Assembly: GCA_023700245.1 (NCBI GenBank) | Contig: JAJPRE010000005.1 | Coordinates: 7,106-71,105 of the forward strand | Length of the DNA: 64,000 nucleotides | Source of the DNA: Candidatus Thalassarchaeaceae archaeon | Lineage (GTDB): Archaea > Thermoplasmatota > Poseidoniia > Poseidoniales > Thalassarchaeaceae | Direction: 5' to 3' | Part shown: positions 53,585 through 63,539 of the stretch, one piece after another | Numbering within the stretch: the stretch's first letter is position 1 | How the letters are laid out: every line of letters begins with the position of its first letter | Notes under the pieces: generated by a model | The model's input: the letters and a program-made list of their open reading frames with translations, nothing else | What the model was told of the DNA's origin: nothing | The model's database searches: none | Translations under genes and position numbers: made by a program

Positions 53585-55519
53585 ATGGTGAACATTTCCG
53601 CATGGTCACTTCCAAAAACAAAAAGAATAGTTTCGCCATATATTACTAAATCACAATTGGCAACAGTACTTGAACAAGCTGCCGTCCTATTGGAATTAGA
53701 TGGAGCTAATAGATTTAGAGTAATAGCCTATCAAAATGCAAGTCGGGCGCTTTCATCTTTAGAAGAAGATCTTCTAAAAGTAATAATTGATAATAGAATA
53801 ACAGACATTAAAGGAATTGGTAAAGGAATTGGAGGATTGATTGAAGAAGCAGTTCTAGAAGGAACATGGGGGGGCTTGTATGACCTCTATGGAAGAGTCC
53901 CCCGTGGCTTAGTAGAAATGGTCGGAATTCCAGGATTGGGCCCTAAAAGGGCACGACAATTATATGAGAAATTAGGAATTGATTCTGTAGAATCACTGAA
54001 ATTTGCTTGTTCGAATGATCATATTTCTTCTTTATCAGGTTTTGGAAAAAAAAGTCAAGAAAAATATCTTGAAGGAATTGATTTACTTAGGCGATACCAA
54101 GGCAGGAGTAGGATGGATGTTGGATTAGCATACGGACACGCATTGGAAAGAAGAATATCAAATATCCCTAGGGTAGTAAAGGTAGAATTGGCAGGTAGTG
54201 CAAGAAGAAAGAGAGAGACTATAGGCGATTTAGACATAGTACTTGGAGCAAAACCGGATGATCAAGCAGGAATAATTAAAGAAATAATGAATTTTCCAGG
54301 AATAGCAGAAATTAAGGGACAGGGTAGTTCCAAAATTAGTCTTATTTTAGAAGCAGAGATGCTTGTAGAAAAAATTAATGTTTCAGGAATAGACATTGGA
54401 TTAGCGGAAACTCTTGTTGAAAGAAGTTTGGACGCCACAATAGATGCTCAAATTAGAATTGTTGATCCAGAATCATTTCCATTCACGCTAGCCTATTTTA
54501 CTGGATCAAAAGAGCATAATATAAGGATGAGGCAAATTGCCATTAATAAGGGCTTACGTTTAAATGAATTTGGATTATTTTCAGAAGAGGAAGCTGGCAG
54601 TAAGATAGGTAAAGAAGCTGCGAAAAATACACTTATATGTTCTACAGAAGAGGATATTTATCATCATTTAGGACTAAGATGGGTGCCCCCAGAATTACGT
54701 GAAGATATGGGAGAAATTGAAGCATCTGCAAATAATAATTTACCAAATCTGATAAAGGTTGAGGACTTAAGAGGATCTTTTCACAATCACACAATTGCTT
54801 CGGATGGAAATGCTACTTTAGAAGAAATGAGTAATTATGCAATCAAAATGGGATGGGAATATCTAGGAATTGCTGATCATTCAGAGTCGTTAAATATAGG
54901 TGGAAAATCCATAGGAATTGCAAGTGAAGATATTTTAAAGCAAAAATTAGAAATTCAAAATTTAAATAAAAAATGGATAGAGCAAGATGTAGAATTTAGG
55001 ATTTTTCATGGTTCGGAATGCGATATAATGCCTGATGGAAGATTGGATTATTCTGATGAAATTAGATCTTCATTATCGCATATCGTCGGATCAGTTCATG
55101 CATTAGGGAGTTGGCGCAATAGAGATGAATATACAAATACTGAGGCATTGATAAATGCAATTGAAGATCCAACATTTACAATATTAGGACATCCAACTGG
55201 AAGGATACTACAAGGAAGAGAGGGATTTCCTGTAGATATGCATGCTATTTTACGGAGAATGGGCGAAATCAATGCAGAAGGAATACTTAAGGCGGTTGAA
55301 ATTAATGCTTCTCCATATCGCCTCGACATGGATTGGAGATTATGTAAATACGCCAAAGAACTTGGAGTCCCTGTCTGCATTAATCCTGATGCCCATAACC
55401 CCGAAGGTTTGAATGACATATGGTTCGGCACTCAAATTGCTAGAAAAGGATGGTTGGAAAAAGAGGATATTTTGAATACTAAATCTGCCAGTGAAATTGA
55501 AAGGCTACTTGGTCAATAA
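53585..55519 (+). CDS. polX: Family X DNA polymerase with C-terminal PHP domain
   Basis: HhH motifs (GIGKG, GLGPKRA), nucleotidyltransferase GSARRKRETIGDLDIVL and PHP motifs HNHT, ADHS, GSE.D. Confidence 0.9.
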   Translation: MVNISAWSLPKTKRIVSPYITKSQLATVLEQAAVLLELDGANRFRVIAYQNASRALSSLEEDLLKVIIDNRITDIKGIGKGIGGLIEEAVLEGTWGGLYDLYGRVPRGLVEMVGIPGLGPKRARQLYEKLGIDSVESLKFACSNDHISSLSGFGKKSQEKYLEGIDLLRRYQGRSRMDVGLAYGHALERRISNIPRVVKVELAGSARRKRETIGDLDIVLGAKPDDQAGIIKEIMNFPGIAEIKGQGSSKISLILEAEMLVEKINVSGIDIGLAETLVERSLDATIDAQIRIVDPESFPFTLAYFTGSKEHNIRMRQIAINKGLRLNEFGLFSEEEAGSKIGKEAAKNTLICSTEEDIYHHLGLRWVPPELREDMGEIEASANNNLPNLIKVEDLRGSFHNHTIASDGNATLEEMSNYAIKMGWEYLGIADHSESLNIGGKSIGIASEDILKQKLEIQNLNKKWIEQDVEFRIFHGSECDIMPDGRLDYSDEIRSSLSHIVGSVHALGSWRNRDEYTNTEALINAIEDPTFTILGHPTGRILQGREGFPVDMHAILRRMGEINAEGILKAVEINASPYRLDMDWRLCKYAKELGVPVCINPDAHNPEGLNDIWFGTQIARKGWLEKEDILNTKSASEIERLLGQ

Positions 55520-55554
55520 CGAACATTCACATATCATCGGGTCAATGGGTAAAT

Positions 55555-55761
55555 ATGGGAATTGCACGCGGGGTAGTTTTTGCTGGAGTTGCATTTCTTC
55601 CTAGCCTTGTTTTGGGCCTAATCCTATACATCGTATTAGGAGGTAATACGGGTAGTTCCGTCGGAGGGGCAGATTTCATGTATGGGCCATGTTATGGGGT
55701 ACCGTTTATTTGTATCCTTTCTGCATTTGTAATGGGAATATCTGCTGATGTGAGAGAATAG
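55555..55761 (+). CDS. Small membrane protein (68 aa), unknown
   Basis: Two hydrophobic helices. Tightly placed between polX and nth. Confidence 0.4.
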   Translation: MGIARGVVFAGVAFLPSLVLGLILYIVLGGNTGSSVGGADFMYGPCYGVPFICILSAFVMGISADVRE

Positions 55762-55762
55762 A

Positions 55763-56407
55763 ATGCTGAGATCGCAAAAGGCTAAAAAAATTGGCATCTT
55801 ATTAGATGAAATGTATCCAAAGCAACCCATACCCTTAGATCATAAAGATATCTATACCTTATTAGTGGCTGTAATGCTTTCTGCACAAACAACAGACAAA
55901 AAGGTAAATCAGGTCACTCCAAATCTTTTCAAAATTGCAGATAACCCAGAAAGTATGAGTAAGTTGGAAGTTGACGAAATTAGGGAAATTATTCGTGAAG
56001 TTGGGCTAGCTCCAACTAAAGCGAAGAATTTGAAAAAAATGGCCCTACAAATATTAGATAATAATGGAGAAATATATCCGGATTGGGATTTTCTAGAATC
56101 ACTGGCAGGAGTTGGCCATAAAACAGCAGGAGTAGTGATGGCTCAAGGATTTGGTAAAACAGCTTTTCCAATTGATACGCACATACACAGATTGGCGACT
56201 AGATGGGGCCTAACAAATGGTAAAAATGTAAAAAAAACAGAATATGATTTAAAGAAGGTTTTTCAAGAAGATACTTGGAATAGACGGCATTTGCAAATAA
56301 TTTATTTTGGAAGAGAACATTGCCCAGCATTACGGCATGATTTGACTCAATGTCCGATATGTTCATGGGCGGCTACAAAAAAAAGAATACATGAAGAGAG
56401 GAAATAA
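55763..56407 (+). CDS. nth: Endonuclease III
   Basis: SAQTTD, the HhH-GPD motifs GVGHKTAGVV and DTHIHR, and a C-terminal Cys-x6-Cys-x2-Cys cluster region. Confidence 0.92.
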   Translation: MLRSQKAKKIGILLDEMYPKQPIPLDHKDIYTLLVAVMLSAQTTDKKVNQVTPNLFKIADNPESMSKLEVDEIREIIREVGLAPTKAKNLKKMALQILDNNGEIYPDWDFLESLAGVGHKTAGVVMAQGFGKTAFPIDTHIHRLATRWGLTNGKNVKKTEYDLKKVFQEDTWNRRHLQIIYFGREHCPALRHDLTQCPICSWAATKKRIHEERK

Positions 56408-56408
56408 A

Positions 56409-56990
56409 ATGGATAGATTTGAAGGTAGGATTTCAGCTTCATCATTTTCAACAGGAGAAAAAATTGTGATAGGAGACTGGAGTAAATCTCCTCTTGGAAA
56501 ATTTGTAAATATTATGTGGGCCAGACCTAATGGAAGGAGAATTTTAATCTCTCCTTCAGAAAAATGTGCCGAATATGTATCAAAAATATATTCATTTGAA
56601 GAAGTTATAATTCAGCCCATAGAAATAAAGAGGTATGCTAATAAAATTGAAATAAAGACTTTGGATTTGAAATTAATATTAGAATGGAGAGGGTTTTTTC
56701 CACTTCCAATAAATAGGCCAAGATGGTTCATATCTACAATAGAGAATTTTATAGGGAATCTTGTATTTGGTTCAAAAACCTATGGAAAAACAAGAGATGG
56801 GCGTAAAGAATGGTATATGATAAAAGGAATTTCTTTAATATCAAAGGCATATGGCGAGAATAAGGGAGAATCTTTTGGAACTATTGAACATCGTAAAATT
56901 CCGACACTATTTGGATTCAGTGAACCTCCAAAAAGACCATCATCAGTAAAGGTTGTTTCCTTAATAGAGAAAACTAGACTTGATGTGTGA
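56409..56990 (+). CDS. Hypothetical protein
   Basis: ORF with an AGAGGAAA ribosome-binding site upstream of the ATG at 56409. No recognised domain. Confidence 0.5.
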   Translation: MDRFEGRISASSFSTGEKIVIGDWSKSPLGKFVNIMWARPNGRRILISPSEKCAEYVSKIYSFEEVIIQPIEIKRYANKIEIKTLDLKLILEWRGFFPLPINRPRWFISTIENFIGNLVFGSKTYGKTRDGRKEWYMIKGISLISKAYGENKGESFGTIEHRKIPTLFGFSEPPKRPSSVKVVSLIEKTRLDV

Positions 56991-57008
56991 TGACTCATAC
57001 GAGTACCT

Positions 57009-57491
57009 ATGGTAGAAACGACAGAATTGGAAGTTGGAGATATTGCGCCCGAATTTGAATGCTTGATAACAGATGGAACATTAATCAATCTTAAAGATGT
57101 TTTAAACGATGGTAGGGGAGTGATTCTATATTTCTATCCCAGAGATAATACTCCTGGATGTACCATACAAGCGTGTGATTTTAGAGATAATTTTAGCAGA
57201 CTTGATAATTCAGGATGGAAGGTAATTGGAGTTTCTACTGATACTCCCAAAAGCCATGAAAAGTTCATAAATAAGTATGATTTACCCTTTGATTTAATTG
57301 TTGATGAGGATTCATCTTTACATAAAAAATATGGCACATGGGGGAAAAGAAACATGTATGGAAAGGAATATATGGGTTGTTTAAGATCAACATTTGTCAT
57401 ATCAAAAGATGGAAAAATCATGTCATCCATGTATGGAGTTAGTGCAAAGGGGCATGTAGATAAATTGATTACACAATTAGGAGTTGAATAA
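57009..57491 (+). CDS. bcp: Peroxiredoxin, Bcp type
   Basis: FYPRDNTPGCTIQAC active-site motif. Confidence 0.9.
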   Translation: MVETTELEVGDIAPEFECLITDGTLINLKDVLNDGRGVILYFYPRDNTPGCTIQACDFRDNFSRLDNSGWKVIGVSTDTPKSHEKFINKYDLPFDLIVDEDSSLHKKYGTWGKRNMYGKEYMGCLRSTFVISKDGKIMSSMYGVSAKGHVDKLITQLGVE

Positions 57492-57493
57492 TT

Positions 57494-57727
57494 ATGATGA
57501 TAGGTGAAAGGAGAGAGGTCGTTGAACGTTTTTTAGAAAGATGTATTATATATTCAAATGCATCAATAGAACGTAAAGAAGGCAGAAATGATAATTTAGA
57601 AGATATAAATAAATGGAAGGCATATAGAGATTTTATGCAAATAACTGTAAAAGAGATACGAGCAAAGGAATTGGATACTTGGCTTGAAGATGGCCCAGTC
57701 TCTTATGAGCCCGGAACAGAAAAATAA
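57494..57727 (+). CDS. Small hypothetical protein (77 aa)
   Basis: ORF starting 3 nt after bcp. Charged and helical-looking. Confidence 0.45.
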   Translation: MMIGERREVVERFLERCIIYSNASIERKEGRNDNLEDINKWKAYRDFMQITVKEIRAKELDTWLEDGPVSYEPGTEK

Positions 57728-57735
57728 ACTTGCCT

Positions 57736-58191
57736 TCAAGTAATATTTGATAGGCCAAGAATATGTTTGTGCGTGTCGACCCTCATATTCAAACCAGGAA
57801 CCATCAGAAGAGTATCAGATTCATTTAATGCAAAAACATTTAATCCATTATTTTCTGCTAGTTGACGTATTTCCCTACTACATTTTGCAGTTTGTGAAGG
57901 CATATGAATTAATTCTTTTAAATTAAATAAAAGTAAATTGCCATTGATTAATTCTTTATCCATGCCGATTAAATTTAATCTACGTAAATTATCCGGTTTG
58001 AGATATATTACTTTATGAGTCGGTTTAACTATCATTTTGTTAGTCCATTCAGAAATACGATTATCCGATAAATGTATAATACTATCTCCAGCTTGTGGAT
58101 TAGGAAAATTTGATTGAACCATTTCATCATTTTCTAAATGTTTTTTTAAGTTTGGATTGGGCAATCCTAACAGACGGAAAAGGTTGACCAT
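57736..58191 (-). CDS. Possible SepF-like cell-division protein
   Basis: N-terminal amphipathic MVNLFRLLGL (candidate membrane-targeting helix), a linker, and a ~80-aa C-domain with a SepF-like pattern (VIYLKP...LINGNLLLFNL...ENNGLNVFALNESDTLLMVP). Confidence 0.4.
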   Translation of the reverse strand: MVNLFRLLGLPNPNLKKHLENDEMVQSNFPNPQAGDSIIHLSDNRISEWTNKMIVKPTHKVIYLKPDNLRRLNLIGMDKELINGNLLLFNLKELIHMPSQTAKCSREIRQLAENNGLNVFALNESDTLLMVPGLNMRVDTHKHILGLSNIT

Positions 58192-58205
58192 GATAGCCGT
58201 GATAA

Positions 58206-61200
58206 CTACTCCTCAAAGAGTGCTTCGATGTCATCTTCGGATAACATGACATTTGAGGCGGGTATTTCTTTTTCCAATGCACTAGAATCATTGGGATGGT
58301 TATTTTTTAATTCTGAAATATCAGATGCTATATCTACATTGTTAATTGATTTATTGGAACTAATAGAATCAAATATTTCGTTTAAATCTGAATCTTTTAA
58401 TTTATTATTTGTTATTTTATCATCTTCCTTATTTCTATATCTAATTGATAAAAATACTCCTCCAGTAGATATTAGGATTAAAAGTAAGATTGTGGAAGAA
58501 TTTTCTTTTATGCTATTTTCAAAATTAAGCGGTGCTTTTGACACATCAACGACCATAGTTATTGAATTGCTCTCAGATTCATCATAAACAGTCAATTTTA
58601 CTACTTTTTTACCTTCATCATCATAAAATACCTGTATCCATCTTCCGATCATGTCAACATCATTAGAAGGATTACCATCGCCATCAGAATCTAATGAAGT
58701 ATCAATATCCCAATGATAAATCATATTTTCTATATCGAATTCAGAATCAATAGTCCCGTTAGCAGATAAAGAAATAGCCTGTCCTTGTTGAAGATTTAGG
58801 CTATTTGTTGATGCTACAGCCATGGGCCTAGTGTTTCGAACATCAATATCTATTTTGGCGGAATCTCTGCTACCATCATCATCTGTAACATGAAAAACTA
58901 TAAAATCTGGAGCCGATACAGAATCTTCCCAAATATATGATATGTAAGTAGAGTTGAAATCGCAATCATCATCCTCGTTTCCGAACAAGTCAGAATTAAC
59001 CAATGGATCAATATCAAAGCATGAAGTCAGAGAATCTACATCATTAGAAGTATCCATAACTCCAATATTAAAAATCAATTCTTCTCCTTCTTGTACAGGT
59101 AATCTTGGACTAATAGAGACAATATAAGGAGCAATATTTTCAATTTCTATGGGTATAATCAATGTTTTTGTATCTCCTTCGAAGATAGCAGATTCATTAT
59201 CATTATCAAGAATTTGTAAAGTTGCTAGTTGGAGCCCTGCAAATGTGTAAGTATGATTTATCTCGCCCATAATACCATAATTAGTTAATTCCAATTCAGG
59301 ATTATTTTCAGCATCTGGAGACCATATATATTGAAGAGAGTCCATGTCATTCTCTGAATCTGTAACCCATGCTTTTAAAGTTAGGATTTCTCCTTCTTTG
59401 GCTACAAAAACTCCCCTATTATCAGGTGTTATCTTATTTGGACCAGACCAAACTTCAATTTTCGGATCAAAAGGTGCAATGTTAGTGACCATGACTGAAG
59501 AAGAGGCATATGTAATTGCCCCGTCATCATCAATTGCGGATACATTAATACTAAATTCTCCCTCATTAACAGGGGTAAGAGTGCACTTAGTACTTATTAG
59601 CCCTTCCTTACAATTAGGATTATCCCATAAAATGTCAACCGGAGAATTCGGGGATTGTGTATCTAAATCGATTCTGTCACTAATTTCAAATGTAACTTCA
59701 GAAAATACTGTAATTGATGTTTTGTCCGAAATTAATGTTATTTGAGGAGGCCTATTTACAACTGAAATAGAAGACATAAAAGAGTCTTGGTCGTTTTCTT
59801 CATCAGTAATTGTCAACAGTATCTGAAAATGACCATCATCATCCCATGTAGCCTCATAAATACAATCTTCTTCAAAAAAGTTTTCGAAAATATTTATTGA
59901 TATTTCAATATAAAAATCACAAACATATGAGCCCCCATCAGAGTCATAAGAGGAAGTTCCATTCAGAGATGTTTCATCCAATGTTAGTACTTCGACTGGA
60001 TGTTCCAAGGCTGCAATTGGAATTGTACCTATAAAAAGAGTAAAAATTCCATAATTATTGGATTTATTTCCATCTTGGATGAGAGTTTCGTCAGGATCAA
60101 CTAAAAATTCCAAATAGACTGACCCATGTGATTGTTGAAATGGGACTGTCCAATTTACTTCTATCCTAGATTCTTGAAGACTTGCCAAGGGAGGGACTAT
60201 CGCAAATAGTGTATTCCCATCAGGAGAATCAATTTTAAGATTAGAGGAAGGAGAAGATATTAGCCCCTTATTGGCCACAGGTACTGAAAATACTAGTATA
60301 TCCCCATAAACAGCGGTAAAACCAATGTTCGTATCTAGAGTCAGAGTACTATTATTTCTAGTTCGTTGGACGGTTACTCCTTCGGCCCTTGTTACCAAAT
60401 CAATTTCATGTATGTTTAAATTTGTACTAACTGATGCCGCCCCCAATATTGGTGAAGATTGATTGGCCCAAACAATAATTCCATGACTTGCTAAATCATC
60501 CACTGAAGCGGTTGAATCAGTACTGTTTCCAGTATTAAATTCTAAGTAATAAGAACCATTTTGATCAGTAGTAAAACTTCTTACGTCATCTTCTATTTCA
60601 TATCTAAATTGTAGTTCTAAATCCGAAACAGGCGTACCTTGATTAGTCACATTTATCCATGCATATATGTCAGCATCAATAGGAGATAATGGGTATTCTA
60701 AATCTATATTAATTTCTTTAAATCTTGTCACTGGTTGGTATGCAACTAATTCATGTACTGCTTTAAATCCTAGACTTTGAGTAAAAGAAGATTTAATATT
60801 TCCATTTATTGCAGGGCAATACCACCTATATCCTGATTCTTCGCCATCACTATTGTAAGTTGTAATGTTATATGATTGCCCACAACCAGCATAACTTACG
60901 CCTGAAAAGCCTTGAGAGACAGTTTGCCATGAAGAAGTATTATCGTCTTCAGAATTATCAGGAATATCAACATAATTACTAGAGCCGCCGTATGTAGTTT
61001 CTTGATGATAATCAGAAGCCCATAATTCACCCACATTCAATGGAAAGTCCAAGCCTTCAAGTGCAGGAGAATAACTATTATTTATTATTAAATCTGCCAC
61101 ATCTTCGTTTACGCAAAACCATAGAAAATTTGCACAAAAATCAATCTCTACTGATGCTTCTTGTGAAACAATTGCCATATCTGAAGCACGTATTATTTCA

Positions 61201-61601
61201 ATTGTATTCATGTTAACTGAGATATCGCCATTTATGCCATCTAATTCTACATCATTGGCCCCATATTCTCCAATTGATTCAACTTGGTAAGTTAATGATG
61301 ATTGATTATCTATGATTGATAAGAATATTGAAGTTACAGTTTGATCCAATGTCCCATTGAGATAATTTACAGTAGTAGATATCCCAGAAGAAGTTATGAA
61401 GTCCCCCACATCCAAATATCCAGTATACATCCAATTATCATTAATTTGCCATGTTTGGACATCAACTATTCCGGATTGAGAATTAGCTTCTACGCCATAT
61501 ACAAGGTCTTCATCTAATTGTTTTTGATCAAGAATATTAGATAAAAGAGGTAAAATTAGAATTAAACAAATAAAAAATGTAATTCGGCAAGACTTCTTCA
61601 T
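58206..61601 (-). CDS. Large anchored surface protein with several PKD/Ig-like domains and an acidic cytoplasmic tail
   Basis: Signal peptide from the ATG at 61601 (MKKSCRITFFICLILILPLL). Repeated ...DDDG...V.V.N..P modules. TM helix STILLLILISTGGVFLSI, then a ~95-aa Ser/Asp/Asn/Glu-rich tail. Confidence 0.8.
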   Translation of the reverse strand: MKKSCRITFFICLILILPLLSNILDQKQLDEDLVYGVEANSQSGIVDVQTWQINDNWMYTGYLDVGDFITSSGISTTVNYLNGTLDQTVTSIFLSIIDNQSSLTYQVESIGEYGANDVELDGINGDISVNMNTIEIIRASDMAIVSQEASVEIDFCANFLWFCVNEDVADLIINNSYSPALEGLDFPLNVGELWASDYHQETTYGGSSNYVDIPDNSEDDNTSSWQTVSQGFSGVSYAGCGQSYNITTYNSDGEESGYRWYCPAINGNIKSSFTQSLGFKAVHELVAYQPVTRFKEINIDLEYPLSPIDADIYAWINVTNQGTPVSDLELQFRYEIEDDVRSFTTDQNGSYYLEFNTGNSTDSTASVDDLASHGIIVWANQSSPILGAASVSTNLNIHEIDLVTRAEGVTVQRTRNNSTLTLDTNIGFTAVYGDILVFSVPVANKGLISSPSSNLKIDSPDGNTLFAIVPPLASLQESRIEVNWTVPFQQSHGSVYLEFLVDPDETLIQDGNKSNNYGIFTLFIGTIPIAALEHPVEVLTLDETSLNGTSSYDSDGGSYVCDFYIEISINIFENFFEEDCIYEATWDDDGHFQILLTITDEENDQDSFMSSISVVNRPPQITLISDKTSITVFSEVTFEISDRIDLDTQSPNSPVDILWDNPNCKEGLISTKCTLTPVNEGEFSINVSAIDDDGAITYASSSVMVTNIAPFDPKIEVWSGPNKITPDNRGVFVAKEGEILTLKAWVTDSENDMDSLQYIWSPDAENNPELELTNYGIMGEINHTYTFAGLQLATLQILDNDNESAIFEGDTKTLIIPIEIENIAPYIVSISPRLPVQEGEELIFNIGVMDTSNDVDSLTSCFDIDPLVNSDLFGNEDDDCDFNSTYISYIWEDSVSAPDFIVFHVTDDDGSRDSAKIDIDVRNTRPMAVASTNSLNLQQGQAISLSANGTIDSEFDIENMIYHWDIDTSLDSDGDGNPSNDVDMIGRWIQVFYDDEGKKVVKLTVYDESESNSITMVVDVSKAPLNFENSIKENSSTILLLILISTGGVFLSIRYRNKEDDKITNNKLKDSDLNEIFDSISSNKSINNVDIASDISELKNNHPNDSSALEKEIPASNVMLSEDDIEALFEE

Positions 61602-61639
61602 GGGCCTTTGTAGGGGCCCCACTGAATAAAACTTGGTTT

Positions 61640-62359
61640 TTAAGAATACAGTAAATCTGCTAATTCATCTTGAATAAATTGTACAGCTTCTAATATCTCA
61701 TCTTTGTGTCTTGCACCAGTTATAACCATCTTTCCACTTCCAAATATTAGGCAAACTACTTTTGGATAGTCAAGACGGTAGATCAATCCAGGAAACTGTT
61801 CCGGCTCATATTCTACCTTATCGAAGGGTAGGTGAAATGTTAAATTGTTTAGATTTAATTTTCTTGGTAATCCTGCTAAGCGTTCTCCAGCTTTAACGCC
61901 CCTTACCCTTGGATCTTCATCTTTTACTTCTTGATCTGTAGCGGCTCTTAGCCCTCCATCTTCTTCTACTAATTTACAATTTTGATCATCTCTTTCTGCT
62001 ATTTGATCATAATCTTCGGGATAATATAAAGAGTATGTGGCAACCATATTTTGAACCTCAATTTCAACATCCTTTAGATCCCATGTATCTATTCCTGCTG
62101 CCCTTAAGTCCTCAGTCATTCTTTTTATTCCAGTATGGATATTATCTTCATTCTTACCTCCTGTACAAACTGCCCTACCCGAACGGAACATTAGAATTGC
62201 TAATTTAGGATCTACGACTCTGTAAACTACTCCTGGGAATTGTTCTGGCTCATATTCACAATTCAATTGGATAGCAATATCTGGTAAGTCTAATTCTTCT
62301 GCGACTCTTGTGGATGCAACTACATTTACAACAGTCAAACGTTCTTCGTCACTAAGCAT
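61640..62359 (-). CDS. tbp: TATA-box binding protein with a ~55-aa insertion in the second repeat
   Basis: Two repeats each with EYEPEQFPG and (F)(R/G)SG(R/K).V.TG(G/A). The protein is 239 aa. Confidence 0.9.
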   Translation of the reverse strand: MLSDEERLTVVNVVASTRVAEELDLPDIAIQLNCEYEPEQFPGVVYRVVDPKLAILMFRSGRAVCTGGKNEDNIHTGIKRMTEDLRAAGIDTWDLKDVEIEVQNMVATYSLYYPEDYDQIAERDDQNCKLVEEDGGLRAATDQEVKDEDPRVRGVKAGERLAGLPRKLNLNNLTFHLPFDKVEYEPEQFPGLIYRLDYPKVVCLIFGSGKMVITGARHKDEILEAVQFIQDELADLLYS

Positions 62360-62381
62360 AAAGGTCCCAGCGTAATGTTAC

Positions 62382-62399
62382 TTATAAAGGATATTTAAA
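62382..62399 (-). promoter_or_regulatory. Candidate TATA box(es) upstream of tbp (TTTATAA / TTTAAATAT on the minus strand)
   Basis: AT-rich TATA-like elements 23-40 nt upstream of the tbp ATG. This would imply a very short or absent leader. Confidence 0.3.
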
Positions 62400-62435
62400 A
62401 AAAATCATCAGTAATTATCTAAATTAAAAGATAAT

Positions 62436-63410
62436 TTACTTTAAAATACATACGCCCTTAGAGCCTAATTTTGAAATTAAGGGTGAACCACCAGCTATTT
62501 CTATTTCTTCTGCGACTCTTTGTGGATTTCTTGACAGTGCGACAATACATCCTCCCCCTCCTGCACCCGTCATCTTTGCACCTAATGAATAAGGTCTAAC
62601 TGCATCCACTAATCTATCTAGAGAAGGGGTGCTGACTTCTAAATTCTGAAGTTTGGCATGGCAAGCATCCATCGCAATACCAACAGCTTCAAAATTACCA
62701 ATAGAAAGTGCAGTTAGGCCTGTTGTAGTTATACTTGCTATTGCCTCCATCTCTTGGAATTTATTAGGATTATATGTTAATAAATTTGAAACTCCTGATA
62801 CCATTTTTCCAGTTGGAGAAGCATCGCCTGTAAAGCCCAGAATTAAATAGACATCATTCGATTTATTCTGAATATTAACTTTATTTATACTCCATTTACG
62901 TTCGCCTTCAGGAGTTTTTAAAATTGAGTGAAAAATATTTGTAGTATCATCCACTTCTTTGCCTGAAACGACAATGCAACCCCCTAAAGCACTAGCGGCA
63001 GTATCAGTTGGGCTGGCCCTTCCTTCTTGCGAAATAGCTTCTGCAGAGTGGCCCATTTTTGCCAATTTTATAATATCTAATTCTTCGTCATTTCCCAAGT
63101 ATATTTGTAATGCAGCACCAAATGCAACAGATAATGCTGCTGAAGATCCCAATCCGGCTGCAGAAAATAATTCACTTTTTATCTTAATATTTAGAGGATG
63201 GCCTTCATATTTGAACAGATCGTATAATATATGTGAAATATGAGGATGTTGATTTGGAATGAATGGCGAACCTTCAATCAACCATTCATCAGATTGTTCC
63301 AAAGAAACCTGTACCCCTTGATCTATCGCAACTGCTACTGCAGGGTGCCCATAAACAACGGCATGCTCCCCGAATAGAATACATTTCCCAGGAGCAAAGG
63401 CAACCGCCAT
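62436..63410 (-). CDS. mvk: Mevalonate kinase
   Basis: APGKCILFGEHAVVYG, GHMP motif AAGLGSSAALSVA and TGAGGGGC. Confidence 0.9.
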   Translation of the reverse strand: MAVAFAPGKCILFGEHAVVYGHPAVAVAIDQGVQVSLEQSDEWLIEGSPFIPNQHPHISHILYDLFKYEGHPLNIKIKSELFSAAGLGSSAALSVAFGAALQIYLGNDEELDIIKLAKMGHSAEAISQEGRASPTDTAASALGGCIVVSGKEVDDTTNIFHSILKTPEGERKWSINKVNIQNKSNDVYLILGFTGDASPTGKMVSGVSNLLTYNPNKFQEMEAIASITTTGLTALSIGNFEAVGIAMDACHAKLQNLEVSTPSLDRLVDAVRPYSLGAKMTGAGGGGCIVALSRNPQRVAEEIEIAGGSPLISKLGSKGVCILK

Positions 63411-63539
63411 GCCCTTCCGAAGTGTGCATAGGAGATTATCATTAGGGAATTAATAAATAAATTAAATCATAGAGCGATTGTTTCAATAGGTTCGACTCTG
63501 CGCATGTATTACCACCAAACGAATATAGGAGATTAAATT

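Noticed and set aside
63427-63535. Two copies of TAGGAGATTA (63429-63438 and 63526-63535) in the mvk / Fe-S gene intergenic region.
   Set aside because: The second copy is simply the ribosome-binding site of the gene at 63540. The first has no downstream start codon, so two copies of an AT-rich 10-mer are weak evidence for anything.
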